DNA from: Candidatus Moraniibacteriota bacterium
Lineage (GTDB): Bacteria > Patescibacteriota > Minisyncoccia > Moranbacterales > DUUL01
Assembly (NCBI GenBank): GCA_041583775.1
Contig: JBFHFF010000009.1
Location: forward strand, 1 to 53,311
DNA length: 53,311 nt
Direction of reading: 5' to 3'
Part shown: positions 20,057 to 30,029 of the stretch, in pieces
How the letters are laid out: each line of letters starts with the position of its first letter
How positions within the stretch are numbered: position 1 is the first letter of the stretch
Notes under the pieces: model-generated
What the model was told of the DNA's origin: nothing
The model's database searches: none
The model's input: the letters and a program-made list of their open reading frames with translations, nothing else
Translations under genes and position numbers: made by a program

Positions 20057-21196
20057 TTAGATTTGATGTTTTTTAAAAACTTTTACAATTACATCAACCA
20101 CCTCTATCTCCATAACACCAGGAATAATCATCTCTTTTGTCGGATTTTTAATCATCCCTGCAATAGCTCTTGCTACTTCAACCTTTATCTCATTTGTAAT
20201 TTTGACAGTCCTTGTTTGCAAGGCTCCTTTGAAAATTCCCGGGAAAACCAATGCATTATTAATTTGATTTGGAAAATCCGATCTTCCAGTTGCTATCACT
20301 CCAAGGTTCTTAGCTTTTATGGCCTCGTCTGGCATAATTTCTGGATCAGGATTTGCTAAAGCAAAAATAATTGCATCCCGATTCATTCGCTCTATGTCCT
20401 CAGCAGAAAGTAAATTTTTCGCTGAAACCCCAACAAATAAATCAGCATTCACCAAAGCTTCTTTGAGAGTTCCTGAAAAATTATTTTTATTTGTCTTAAT
20501 AGCCAATTCTTTTTTGGAAGAATCTATTAAATCTTCTCTTTCCTTTGAAATTGCCCCCTTTGAATCAAAAACAATAATATTTTCTGAACCAGACTGCAAA
20601 AGCAGGTCAACAATAGCAAAACCAGCGGCTCCCGCACCAGAAATCACAATTTTCAGATCACTAAGCTCTTTTTCAACAACTTTTAGCGCATTTATGAGCC
20701 CAGCCAATACAACGATTGCTGTACCATATTGATCATCGTGAAAAACGGGTATATCCAGATCATTTTCCAAAGTTGCTAGGATTTCAAAACATCTAGGAGC
20801 TGAAATATCTTCCAGATTAATTCCTCCAAATCCGGGTGAAATTGCTTTTACAATTGAGATAATTTCATTTGAATTTTGTGTATCAAGTACAATTGGCACA
20901 GCATTAACACCTCCCAGTTCTTTAAACAAAGCTGACTTTGCCTCCATAACTGGCAATGCCGCTTTTGGACCTTGATTTCCCAATCCCAAAATAGCGCTTC
21001 CATCACTAACGACCGCGATTACATTCTTTTTCCAAGTACAATTATAAACATTTTCCTCATCCTCCATTACCTTCCTTACAAGCTTTGCAACTCCCGGTGT
21101 ATAAACTTTAGATAAATTTTCTTGTGTAATCTTTTCTTTTGAAACAACCTCGATAACTCCACTATTTTCAGATTCCTCAAATTTATTAATTTCCAT
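20057..21196 (-). CDS. NAD(P)-dependent malic enzyme
   Basis: YTPGVA, SDGSAILGLGN, INLEDISAPRCF, FHDDQYGT, GAGAAG, ATGRSDFPNQINN. Confidence 0.95.
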   Translation of the reverse strand: MEINKFEESENSGVIEVVSKEKITQENLSKVYTPGVAKLVRKVMEDEENVYNCTWKKNVIAVVSDGSAILGLGNQGPKAALPVMEAKSALFKELGGVNAVPIVLDTQNSNEIISIVKAISPGFGGINLEDISAPRCFEILATLENDLDIPVFHDDQYGTAIVVLAGLINALKVVEKELSDLKIVISGAGAAGFAIVDLLLQSGSENIIVFDSKGAISKEREDLIDSSKKELAIKTNKNNFSGTLKEALVNADLFVGVSAKNLLSAEDIERMNRDAIIFALANPDPEIMPDEAIKAKNLGVIATGRSDFPNQINNALVFPGIFKGALQTRTVKITNEIKVEVARAIAGMIKNPTKEMIIPGVMEIEVVDVIVKVFKKHQI

Positions 21197-21197
21197 T

Positions 21198-22121
21198 TTA
21201 TTTTTCTTTCAATTTCCTAAAAATTTCAACTGCAGCAACAGCTCCTTCGGCAGCAGCTGTTATCACCTGTCGGAATCCATTGGAATTTGTTGTTATATCA
21301 CCAGCTGCATAAATCCCTTCAATACTAGTTGATTGATCTGGTTTAGTTTTCAAAAACCCCTTATCATCAACTTCCACACCCAATTCGAGCAACATTTTTT
21401 GATTTGGAACGGAACCAATTTCAATAAAAATTCCGTTTATCTCCACAACCTCTTCCCCTCCCTCTTTATTTGACAATATAACTCTCTCTACAGCATTTTC
21501 TCCTTCTATCCTTGAAACACCCTTATTATATTCTATTTTAATTTTAGAATTATCCCGCAAACTATCTAGGTATACTGGCATACAAGAAAGTTCATCCCCC
21601 CGATGAATTAATGTCACACTCTCAGCATATTCCGCCAACATTAAAGCTGCCATAGCCGCTGAGTCACCGCCACCAACAATAGCCACCTTCTTGTTTTTGA
21701 AAAATGGACCGTCACAAGTTGAGCAATAGGAAATTCCTTTTCCAAAAAATTCTTTTTCACCAGGAACATCCAATCTCCTGGCAGAAGTACCAACGGTATA
21801 AAGAATTTTTTTAGCTTTATATGAACCTTTGTCTGTTGTCACCTCAAATCCACCATCTATTTTTTCAATTCTAAGCGCAGTTTCTTGTTGCAATTTTGCT
21901 CCGAGATTCTCAACATGAGATCTCATCTTAGAAGCAAGTTCAAAACCCGTTAAAGATTCAAAGCCTAGATAATTTTCAATTTTATGAATTTCATTCAGAT
22001 ATCCTCCTGGTTCTTTTCCAATAATAATATGGTCAATTTTATACCTTGATGCATAAATAGACGCTCCTAAACCAGCTGGTCCTGCCCCCAGAATAATAAG
22101 ATCCTTTATTTCTCCTTCCAT
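21198..22121 (-). CDS. trxB: Thioredoxin reductase
   Basis: GAGPAG, SYCSTCDG, GGGDSA, IYAAGD; adjacent to thioredoxin. Confidence 0.9.
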   Translation of the reverse strand: MEGEIKDLIILGAGPAGLGASIYASRYKIDHIIIGKEPGGYLNEIHKIENYLGFESLTGFELASKMRSHVENLGAKLQQETALRIEKIDGGFEVTTDKGSYKAKKILYTVGTSARRLDVPGEKEFFGKGISYCSTCDGPFFKNKKVAIVGGGDSAAMAALMLAEYAESVTLIHRGDELSCMPVYLDSLRDNSKIKIEYNKGVSRIEGENAVERVILSNKEGGEEVVEINGIFIEIGSVPNQKMLLELGVEVDDKGFLKTKPDQSTSIEGIYAAGDITTNSNGFRQVITAAAEGAVAAVEIFRKLKEK

Positions 22122-22136
22122 TAATTTTTCTTTTAA

Positions 22137-22451
22137 TTATAGATTCTTCAATTCCCCTAAAAGAGTGTCCTTTGATTGAGCACCGATAATTTGTTTTACA
22201 TTTTTTCCATCCTTGAAAATAATCATTGTAGGAATAGACATAACTCCATATTTTTGAGCTGATTCTTGATTCTCATCAACATTTAATTTCCCAACTTTTG
22301 CAATCTCCCCAATCTCAGTAGCAACTTCATCAATCACAGGTCCCATCATCTGACAAGGTCCACACCAAGGAGCCCAAAAGTCCACCAAAACTGGTTTATC
22401 ACTCTCCAAAACTTCTTTTTCAAAGTTTGCATCATTAAATTCTACTGCCAT
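22137..22451 (-). CDS. trxA: Thioredoxin
   Basis: [14 protein letters not shown]; start set at MAVEF. Confidence 0.96.
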   Translation of the reverse strand: MAVEFNDANFEKEVLESDKPVLVDFWAPWCGPCQMMGPVIDEVATEIGEIAKVGKLNVDENQESAQKYGVMSIPTMIIFKDGKNVKQIIGAQSKDTLLGELKNL

Positions 22452-22510
22452 TTTTTTATTCTTACTTCTTATAAAACTCAACTTATTAATAAACAATTTT
22501 AAAAATTATT

Positions 22511-23251
22511 TTATTTACCCAATCTTCTTACTCGCAAAGAATATTTTTTTAAAACCTTAATAAACTCCTCATTCGTAAAGGCTGGAAACTTTTCCTTGGA
22601 AAATTCATATTGTGCATTTTGTGTCTGCCACATTAGAAATCCCGCACTGTTATGAGGATCATCCTCAACTCCAGTCCTCACAAGAAAATCAACAGCTGGC
22701 AACTCCGCAGTCATTAAATTTTGCTTTATCAAATCCTTGGTAACTTTAATTTTATCTTTAGCTTCATGTGCCTTATCAATGATTTTATTAAAAGCATGTA
22801 ACATATCATCATCTCCATTATACGCCAATAAAAAACATAAGACATGTTTTGAATGATTTTTTGTTTTTTCTATACCATTTTCCAGAATATTTCTGAGCTT
22901 TTTGGGAAATTGATTTCGCCAATCACCTATGATAATAATCTTGGCCTGTGATTCATAAACCTCTTTACTATCAATCAATTTTTGAAAATACTCCTCATAA
23001 ATTGACAAAAGAGCTTTTTTTTCCTGAAGTGATCTTTTGGTTAAATTATCAACCGAAGAACCCCAAAATGTTAAATACTTTATCCCCAAATCAAGAGCCT
23101 CTCTAACAATCTCCTCAATTCTATTCGCACCTTCCCTGTGCCCTTCCCAGGGCTCTAAATCTCTTTCTTTTGCCCATCGCCTATTTCCATCAGGAATAAT
23201 AGCAATATGATTTGGTAAACTAAATTCTGATTTTTGCATAGCTATTTCCAA
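22511..23251 (-). CDS. uppS: Undecaprenyl diphosphate synthase
   Basis: HIAIIPDGNRRWA, GH, DFLVRTG, FLMWQ. Confidence 0.93.
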   Translation of the reverse strand: MEIAMQKSEFSLPNHIAIIPDGNRRWAKERDLEPWEGHREGANRIEEIVREALDLGIKYLTFWGSSVDNLTKRSLQEKKALLSIYEEYFQKLIDSKEVYESQAKIIIIGDWRNQFPKKLRNILENGIEKTKNHSKHVLCFLLAYNGDDDMLHAFNKIIDKAHEAKDKIKVTKDLIKQNLMTAELPAVDFLVRTGVEDDPHNSAGFLMWQTQNAQYEFSKEKFPAFTNEEFIKVLKKYSLRVRRLGK

Positions 23252-23254
23252 TTC

Positions 23255-24325
23255 TTAATGTTGCCTGTTAACAATAAAATGAGCAATCCCTTCAAAGAAA
23301 ATTTTTGAATCCTTATTTTGCATTTCTATTTCATTCAAAGCCCTAAGTGAATCATTGACAAGACTTTTTGAAAGATTATTTGTATAATCTAAGGAACCAG
23401 AATCTGTTACAATTTGTCTAAACTCATTAATTTCTTTTTCTGTTATATCTTCTTTTCCAAGCAACTCTTCCATTCTTCTTTTTTGTGCCGTTGTTCCAAA
23501 TTCTCGCACCTTAATAACAAGCATTGTTTGTTTTCCTTCGATGATGTCACTTCCCACTGGCTTACCTAATTTTTTTTGATCACCAAAAACCCCCAAAACA
23601 TCATCTCTGATTTGAAAAGCAGCTCCCAATGGCATCGAATAGTCTGTAAAACTTTTCAAAACATTCTCGTTAGACTTCGCAAGTAGCGCGCCTAAATGCG
23701 AAGGACCTTCAAATGTATATCTCGAGGTCTTTCCTTCATACATACGCATAATTTCATCTTCAGTTGCGGACCCCCTTGCCTCCAAAATAACATCTATCAT
23801 TTCTCCTGGAATTGTCACATAAACAATATCCTGCAGTTTATGCAAAACCTTGATTATCACTTCCGGTTCATAATCGGCAGTAAAAATAATCTCACTTGCC
23901 ATTGAACCAGCTAAATCACCTGCTATCATCGCCATTGAATTCCCAAAGTGTTGTGCATCTGTATTTGGAAAAAATTTCTCTGCAATTTCTCGATATTCCG
24001 CATTCAAAGTCTTAACTCCGTGTCTAGTATTGTCTTTATCGATAATATCATCATGTATAAGTAAAAAAGAATGTATCATTTCAATTGCCATCGAGGCTTT
24101 GACAATTCTTTCTTCATCTTCTCCTCCACAAGCAAGATATGCATAATACATTACAGCTGGACGAATCCTCTTTCCTCCTGCAAGTGTAAAGTCACGAATA
24201 AATTTTACTGACTCCTCAGCAAGGGGATCTATGGATTCAGCTTTCTCTAACTTACCCTCGAAATAGTTTTTTAAAAAGGGCTGCAAACGATTTTTGTAAT
24301 TTTCTAACAATTTTATTGCTTCCAC
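23255..24325 (-). CDS. Trans-polyprenyl diphosphate synthase (IdsA/GGPP synthase-like)
   Basis: GGKRIRP, LIHDDIID..RHG, KT, FQIRDD, GKPVGSDIIEGK. Confidence 0.93.
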   Translation of the reverse strand: MEAIKLLENYKNRLQPFLKNYFEGKLEKAESIDPLAEESVKFIRDFTLAGGKRIRPAVMYYAYLACGGEDEERIVKASMAIEMIHSFLLIHDDIIDKDNTRHGVKTLNAEYREIAEKFFPNTDAQHFGNSMAMIAGDLAGSMASEIIFTADYEPEVIIKVLHKLQDIVYVTIPGEMIDVILEARGSATEDEIMRMYEGKTSRYTFEGPSHLGALLAKSNENVLKSFTDYSMPLGAAFQIRDDVLGVFGDQKKLGKPVGSDIIEGKQTMLVIKVREFGTTAQKRRMEELLGKEDITEKEINEFRQIVTDSGSLDYTNNLSKSLVNDSLRALNEIEMQNKDSKIFFEGIAHFIVNRQH

Positions 24326-24365
24326 TGGTTTATTTGTTATTTTTGTGCAAAAAGACTACATTTCG

Positions 24366-24437
24366 TACCGAATAGGGGAATCGAACCCCTGTTACCAGGA
24401 TGAGAACCTGGCGTCCTAACCACTAGACGAATTCGGC
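24366..24437 (-). tRNA. tRNA-Glu (CTC), CCA not encoded
   Basis: GCCGAATTCGTCTAGTGGTTAGGACGCCAGGTT-CTC-ATCCTGGTAACAGGGGTTCGATTCCCCTATTCGGTA cloverleaf; upstream TTGACT-N17-TATAGT. Confidence 0.95.
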
Positions 24438-24518
24438 TGATTATTTCAAAACTATTAACAACTATACTCAAAAAGTTTTCAATAGTCAATCATTTAAAGA
24501 TATATACTGTTTTTGATA

Positions 24519-26237
24519 TTATTTTATATTGATATCAACAACCATTGCCTGTGGAGTTCTGTTTCCATTCCATTCGTTCATCTCAAGATTAAAAGCGATA
24601 TCAATCAAACTACCTACTTCAATTTTTTGAAATTTATTTGCTATACTAAAACCTATCGCATCCAAAAAATGCTCCTCATTTTGATCACTTAATTGGAGTT
24701 TCAAATGAGCATCTCCATTCCCCACAGTCCTTACTCCTGAAACTTTCAGACTCTCGCAACAAAAAACTGGCTTTCCATTCCCCATGCCATAAGGCTCTAA
24801 CAAACTAAGTTCTTGGACCAATTTATCATTAATTCTTTCAAATGGAATACAGATATCGATTAAAACTTCTTTAACTAAGTCTTTTTCGTCAATATCCTTC
24901 ATTTCAAGTTGCATCCTTTTTTGAAATTCCTCAAAATTCTTTTCCTTAAGTGTCAATCCTGCAGCCTGTGAATGTCCACCATATTTCAACAACAAATCTT
25001 TATTTTTTTCAAGCGCTTCAACCACATTAAATTGAGGAATTGAACGACAAGATGCCCTCATCAACTTCTCTCCTTCATTCTCATATTTTTGAAATAATAT
25101 CGTAGGTTTGTGAAAAGCTTCTGCGACTTTTCCTGCCGCAAGACCAACCACTCCAAAATTCCAATCTGGCGAGGACTCAATTATCATTTTCTGATTTTTT
25201 CCGTTCTTAATTTTTGCAAAGACTTCATCAACAATTCTAGTTGTCACTTTCTGCCTATACTTATTTTGTTCTTCGATTTCAAGAGCCAACAAACGAGCCT
25301 GTGCTTCTTGAAATTTATTGCAAAGTAAAAGTTTTTGTGCAGAATTGGCATGATCCATTCTTCCAGCAGCGTTAATCCTTGGTGCAATTTGAAAAGAAAC
25401 TTCATAACTAGAAGGAATATTGTGTTCATTGATATTTATCTTTCCAACCTGAAAAAGATGATGAAGACCAACTCTTTTCGTCTTTGAAAGCACTAACAAA
25501 CCAAATTTCACTAACATTCTATTTTCAGTAGAAAGCTCAACGCAATCAGCAATTGTCCCAATAGCAACTAAATCCAAAAGCCATTTAAGCTTTTCATCGT
25601 CATAATCTTCCATCTTTGAGGTCAGTGCTTGCAAAAATTTAAAAGCAACACCAACACCAGCTAAGTCCTTGTTTGGATAAGGATCCCCCTCTCTCTTTTG
25701 ATCAACAACAGCAACTGCCTTTGGAATATTCTCCGGCAAATGGTGGTGGTCAAGAATAATTATCTCAATTCCAATCCCCTTGGCATATTCAACCTCTTTT
25801 GCATTTGAAACTCCACAATCAACAGTAATCATAAGTTTAACCCCCTGCTCTTTGAGATAGTCCAGTGCCCCCTTATTAATTCCATAGCCCTCGGTTGCAC
25901 GATCTGGCAAATAAGCAATCGTTTCAACTTCAATTTGCCCAAAAAAATCTAAAAGTAAAGTAGAGGCTGTAACACCGTCAGCATCATAATCACCATAAAC
26001 ACAAATTTTTTCCTTTTTTTCAATTGCAATTAGCGTCCTTTTGACCGCAAGATTCATATCTATTAATAAAAAAGGATCGAGACTTTCAGTTTCATAACCG
26101 GGTTTCACAAAAGCCTCCTTTTTTTCAACACTATCAACACCCCTGTCCAACAAAAGTTGTTCAATTTCCACCTCTAGCTCTGGGAAAAGTCTATTTTCCA
26201 AAGTGCTTTGTTTTTTTACCTTCCAGTTATTTTTCAT
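24519..26237 (-). CDS. recJ: Single-stranded-DNA exonuclease RecJ
   Basis: GDYDADG, TVDCG, DHH, GTIAD, PRINAAGR, GGHSQAAG, LEPYGMGN. Confidence 0.96.
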   Translation of the reverse strand: MKNNWKVKKQSTLENRLFPELEVEIEQLLLDRGVDSVEKKEAFVKPGYETESLDPFLLIDMNLAVKRTLIAIEKKEKICVYGDYDADGVTASTLLLDFFGQIEVETIAYLPDRATEGYGINKGALDYLKEQGVKLMITVDCGVSNAKEVEYAKGIGIEIIILDHHHLPENIPKAVAVVDQKREGDPYPNKDLAGVGVAFKFLQALTSKMEDYDDEKLKWLLDLVAIGTIADCVELSTENRMLVKFGLLVLSKTKRVGLHHLFQVGKININEHNIPSSYEVSFQIAPRINAAGRMDHANSAQKLLLCNKFQEAQARLLALEIEEQNKYRQKVTTRIVDEVFAKIKNGKNQKMIIESSPDWNFGVVGLAAGKVAEAFHKPTILFQKYENEGEKLMRASCRSIPQFNVVEALEKNKDLLLKYGGHSQAAGLTLKEKNFEEFQKRMQLEMKDIDEKDLVKEVLIDICIPFERINDKLVQELSLLEPYGMGNGKPVFCCESLKVSGVRTVGNGDAHLKLQLSDQNEEHFLDAIGFSIANKFQKIEVGSLIDIAFNLEMNEWNGNRTPQAMVVDINIK

Positions 26238-26299
26238 TGCTTATCTTTCTATTTCTTAAATTCGTTCAAGCTTTCATCCATCCCAAAACAAGTTTGCCA

Positions 26300-26866
26300 T
26301 TAATTAAACCTTTTATTACAGGCGGGACATCTAATAGACCCTCTAAAATAATCACTTTCAGTTTTTTTAAGCTTAACCGCCAACTCAGTACCACACTCAT
26401 CACAAAGAAATCCTGTTGGCATTCCTTGCTCAATACTAAATCTTTCTAAATCCAAGGCATTCTTTTCAACCTTAAGAAAATATGCTTCAGCATTTACAGC
26501 ACTAATAATTCTTTTGATGATCTCAGCTGGAGAAACTAATCCTCTGATGATAAAATCATTTACTCCCAACCTTTCCATTGCTAACCTATCCTCCTCTCTA
26601 CCTAGATGAGAGTTTACAATTATTGGAACATCAACGGTGTCTTTATACTCTTTTAATGCTTTCACAAAATCAAAACCATTCATTCTCGGCATTATAATAC
26701 CCGTTAAAATCCCATCCAACTTTTCACTGGTAGCCACCTCCATTCCTTCAGCGCCATCATTTCTTTCAATAACATCAAAACCGCTTTGGCGCAACAACTC
26801 AGCATACATAGAGCGTATTTGTTCATCATCGTCAACGATGAGAATTTTTTGTTTTTGATTTTCCAT
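26300..26866 (-). CDS. Atypical (pseudo-)receiver-domain protein with C-terminal zinc ribbon
   Basis: ILIVDDD; ILTGIIMPRMNG with Gly at the phospho-Asp position; CDECG and CPACN; start set at MENQKQ. Confidence 0.85.
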   Translation of the reverse strand: MENQKQKILIVDDDEQIRSMYAELLRQSGFDVIERNDGAEGMEVATSEKLDGILTGIIMPRMNGFDFVKALKEYKDTVDVPIIVNSHLGREEDRLAMERLGVNDFIIRGLVSPAEIIKRIISAVNAEAYFLKVEKNALDLERFSIEQGMPTGFLCDECGTELAVKLKKTESDYFRGSIRCPACNKRFN

Positions 26867-26900
26867 TTTTTTGTTTATCCTAATACTTTTCCTTAAAAAA

Positions 26901-28952
26901 TTAAAGCAATATTTTAATATCAACAATCATTGAGTCATAATCTGGATATAACATAATCGGATTGATATCAAGCTCTTTTATTTTTGGATTTTTGTTGGAG
27001 AGTTCCGCCACTCTTACTGCTTCCGAAACCAATATTTCCAAGTCAATTTTTTGCTTTTTTAAAACTTTTCCTAAAAGCGAATTCTCTATTTTACTCCTTA
27101 TCATTTCCTCATTTACTGGCAAAAGCCAAAGCAACTTCGTGTCAAAAAGCTCGGTTAAAATACCTCCCAACCCAACCATTAGAACATGCCCAAATGATGT
27201 ATTTTCTTTTATTCCAATAATCACTTCAAGGCCAGGTCTTATCATTGGTTGAACAAGCATTCGTTCCTCTGGAAAAGAACTTTTCAATATTGTTCTTTTT
27301 TCTTCCAACTCTTGTTCATTTTTAATGTTTAAATATAAAGCATCTTTAGAGTTTTTATGCAAAACGCTAGGACTATCCAGTTTCAAAACCACAGGATATT
27401 CTCCCTGATACTCTGAAGCATTTTGTTCTATATATGTAGCTTCTAAAATATTTAATTTAAATTTATTTCCAAGCTCTGTTGCCTCATCATAATAGAAAAC
27501 CTTTCTTTTCTCTTTTTCTAATTTTAAAATAATCTGATCATCTTCTTGCAACTCTTCCTGATTTTTCACATCTACTAAATTCTCTGGTTTTTTTTCTTTT
27601 TTCATAACAGAGAATTCCCAAGATTTCTCCAGAGCTCTTATAGCACCATATCCAAAACGAAAATTATTCAAACCCTCTTTTGTAAGACACTCCTCAGCTC
27701 TTTGTGGTGCTAATCCTCCCATAAAAATAGGAATTATTGGAATTTCAAGCTCCCTGTTCATATCAATAATTACTTGTGCTATTTTCTCGATGGGCGTTTG
27801 AGACTGAGGAGTCACAATTGCTACAATTGAACCTATTCCATCAATATTTTTTAGAATCTGAAATGTTTTCAAATATCGATCCTCCATTGCATCGCCTAAC
27901 ACATCTATTGGATTTTTAGCAGAACTTTCTGGGGGCAAGTTATCTGCAATCATTTTTTGTTGTTCAATAGAAAATTCAAAAAGTTCCAACTCTGAATCAC
28001 TTTCGATGATATCTGTTGTTACAACTCCAGGACCTCCAGCATTCGTAACAATCACCACTTTTTTATTTTTTGGAAGAGAGAAGCTATTCAACAAAGAAAT
28101 TACACCCGCAAACTCTTGAAGATGTTTACAATAAATTCCGCCACTAGACTCAATCACTTCCTTTGTAACAGCTGCATCTCCCGCCATCGCTCCTGTGTGG
28201 GATTGAATTGCCACCTGAGCTTTTTTAGAAATACCCGCTTTCAAAATAACCACAGGTTTTATATTAGCAACTTCTTTTAATTTTTTTGCAAATTCTTTTC
28301 CATTAGCAATATCTTCTAGATATAAGGCAATAATTTTAGTGTTTTCATCCTTAACATAATAATCCAAAACATCATTCTCGTTTATAATAGCCTTATTCCC
28401 AAGCGTTGTAACTAGTGAAAAACCAAATCCCCCACCAGCTGCCATATCAAAAAGTGCTGTTGTTAGAGCACCAGATTGCATCACAAGACCAATTCCACCA
28501 GCAGGAATATCCCTTCCAGCGAAAGAAGCGTTGAGATTCTCTGTTGTATTAATAACTCCTAAGCAATTTGGACCAACCACATTTAAATTATGCTCTTTTG
28601 CGAAATTTTTTAACTCCTCTTCCCTCTTTACACCTTCCTCGCCTTCTTCGGAAAATCCAGCTGAAATAATGATTATATTTTTAATGGGTGCCCCCTTCCA
28701 AGCACAATCACGCACAGCTTCATTCACAAATTTTGCAGGAACAGCAATGATTGCTAAATCAACCTCATCCTCAATATCCAAAACACTGGCATAAGCCCTG
28801 ATACCACCAATTTCTTCGTGCTTTGGATTAATTGGATATATACGGATTGAGTCATTTTTAGAAATATTTTTCAAAATAATATTTCCGATTTTTCCTTCTG
28901 TATCAGTAGCACCAATAATCGCAACTGAACTTGGATTAAGAATTTTCTTCAT
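26901..28952 (-). CDS. ADP-forming acetate--CoA ligase (alpha/beta fusion)
   Basis: SVAIIGA, GPNCLG, QSG, SHTGAMAG, NAGGPG, NPIDVLGDA, ELDINP. Confidence 0.92.
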   Translation of the reverse strand: MKKILNPSSVAIIGATDTEGKIGNIILKNISKNDSIRIYPINPKHEEIGGIRAYASVLDIEDEVDLAIIAVPAKFVNEAVRDCAWKGAPIKNIIIISAGFSEEGEEGVKREEELKNFAKEHNLNVVGPNCLGVINTTENLNASFAGRDIPAGGIGLVMQSGALTTALFDMAAGGGFGFSLVTTLGNKAIINENDVLDYYVKDENTKIIALYLEDIANGKEFAKKLKEVANIKPVVILKAGISKKAQVAIQSHTGAMAGDAAVTKEVIESSGGIYCKHLQEFAGVISLLNSFSLPKNKKVVIVTNAGGPGVVTTDIIESDSELELFEFSIEQQKMIADNLPPESSAKNPIDVLGDAMEDRYLKTFQILKNIDGIGSIVAIVTPQSQTPIEKIAQVIIDMNRELEIPIIPIFMGGLAPQRAEECLTKEGLNNFRFGYGAIRALEKSWEFSVMKKEKKPENLVDVKNQEELQEDDQIILKLEKEKRKVFYYDEATELGNKFKLNILEATYIEQNASEYQGEYPVVLKLDSPSVLHKNSKDALYLNIKNEQELEEKRTILKSSFPEERMLVQPMIRPGLEVIIGIKENTSFGHVLMVGLGGILTELFDTKLLWLLPVNEEMIRSKIENSLLGKVLKKQKIDLEILVSEAVRVAELSNKNPKIKELDINPIMLYPDYDSMIVDIKILL

Positions 28953-28957
28953 TTTTT

Positions 28958-29968
28958 TTAATTAATCTTTTTGATTTTTGATAAAACATCTTTCTCCCCC
29001 CGCAACAACTCTTTTTTCTTTAAGAGACCTTTTGTTCCACCTTTGACTGAAATTACTGCAGCACTGTTCATTATCCCCCAGCAGATTGATCTTTTAATAT
29101 CATCATACTCTAGATGCGCTGCAAAAAATCCACTTGAAAAAGCATCTCCAGCACCAACAGTATCAGCAATTTCCACCGCTTGAGTTTCCACAAAGTATAT
29201 ATCTCCTTCTTTTGCCACATATGCACCCTTTTCCCCATCAGTAATTACCAATATTTTAGCGCCATATTTTGAAAGTCTTTCGAAAAGGGGTGCTATTTCA
29301 GTTTCAGTTCCACCTTCATGATTCTCTATCAGCTTAACTGCTTCATCACGATTAACAAAAACGATTTCAAAATCAGGAAATGTTTCTAATAATTTTTTTG
29401 GATTTTTATCAATCTGATAGCCAGAAGGATTAAGTGCCATTTTAACCTTTTTATTTTTTGAAAACTTAATTAGAGTTTCAAATTTATCCTCCCACCCTTT
29501 TTTTTGAGATCCTACATAAACTCCGTCTACGCCCCATCTGAATTTTGTTAGAGCTTTGTCCAAATTAAACCGCTCCACAGAATCTCCTGTTCTAAAAATC
29601 ACATGGTCATTATGAACTGAATCTGAAATTATTGTTGATATTTCAGATTCAACACCTCCATTTCGCTGGATAAATCTCTTTTTCAACTTTTCTCTTCCCA
29701 TTTGTTTTAATAACCAATCACCAACATCAGAATTTGAAACTCGCGAAAAAACAAGTGGTAACATTCCACATTGCGAAAGTCCAACAGCTAAATTAATTGC
29801 ACTTCCTCCAATAGCCTCTCGATAACTATCAGTATAAACTTTTGCACCAAATTCAAAACAAATCAATTTTCGTGCTGCACTATCTTCTGTGCCTTCAATG
29901 ATCTTCGCTTCTCTGGTTGAGAGGAAAACATCTTTTGTTATTGATCCTATGCAAATTATTTTCTTCAT
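28958..29968 (-). CDS. PfkB-family carbohydrate kinase
   Basis: GGSAIN, NRDEA, ITDGEKGA, DTVGAGDAF. Confidence 0.92.
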   Translation of the reverse strand: MKKIICIGSITKDVFLSTREAKIIEGTEDSAARKLICFEFGAKVYTDSYREAIGGSAINLAVGLSQCGMLPLVFSRVSNSDVGDWLLKQMGREKLKKRFIQRNGGVESEISTIISDSVHNDHVIFRTGDSVERFNLDKALTKFRWGVDGVYVGSQKKGWEDKFETLIKFSKNKKVKMALNPSGYQIDKNPKKLLETFPDFEIVFVNRDEAVKLIENHEGGTETEIAPLFERLSKYGAKILVITDGEKGAYVAKEGDIYFVETQAVEIADTVGAGDAFSSGFFAAHLEYDDIKRSICWGIMNSAAVISVKGGTKGLLKKKELLRGEKDVLSKIKKIN

Positions 29969-30029
29969 TTTCTATTCAAAAAGTTAGTGCTTATTATGAA
30001 TTTTTACAATTTCTTTTTTGTATTTTATG

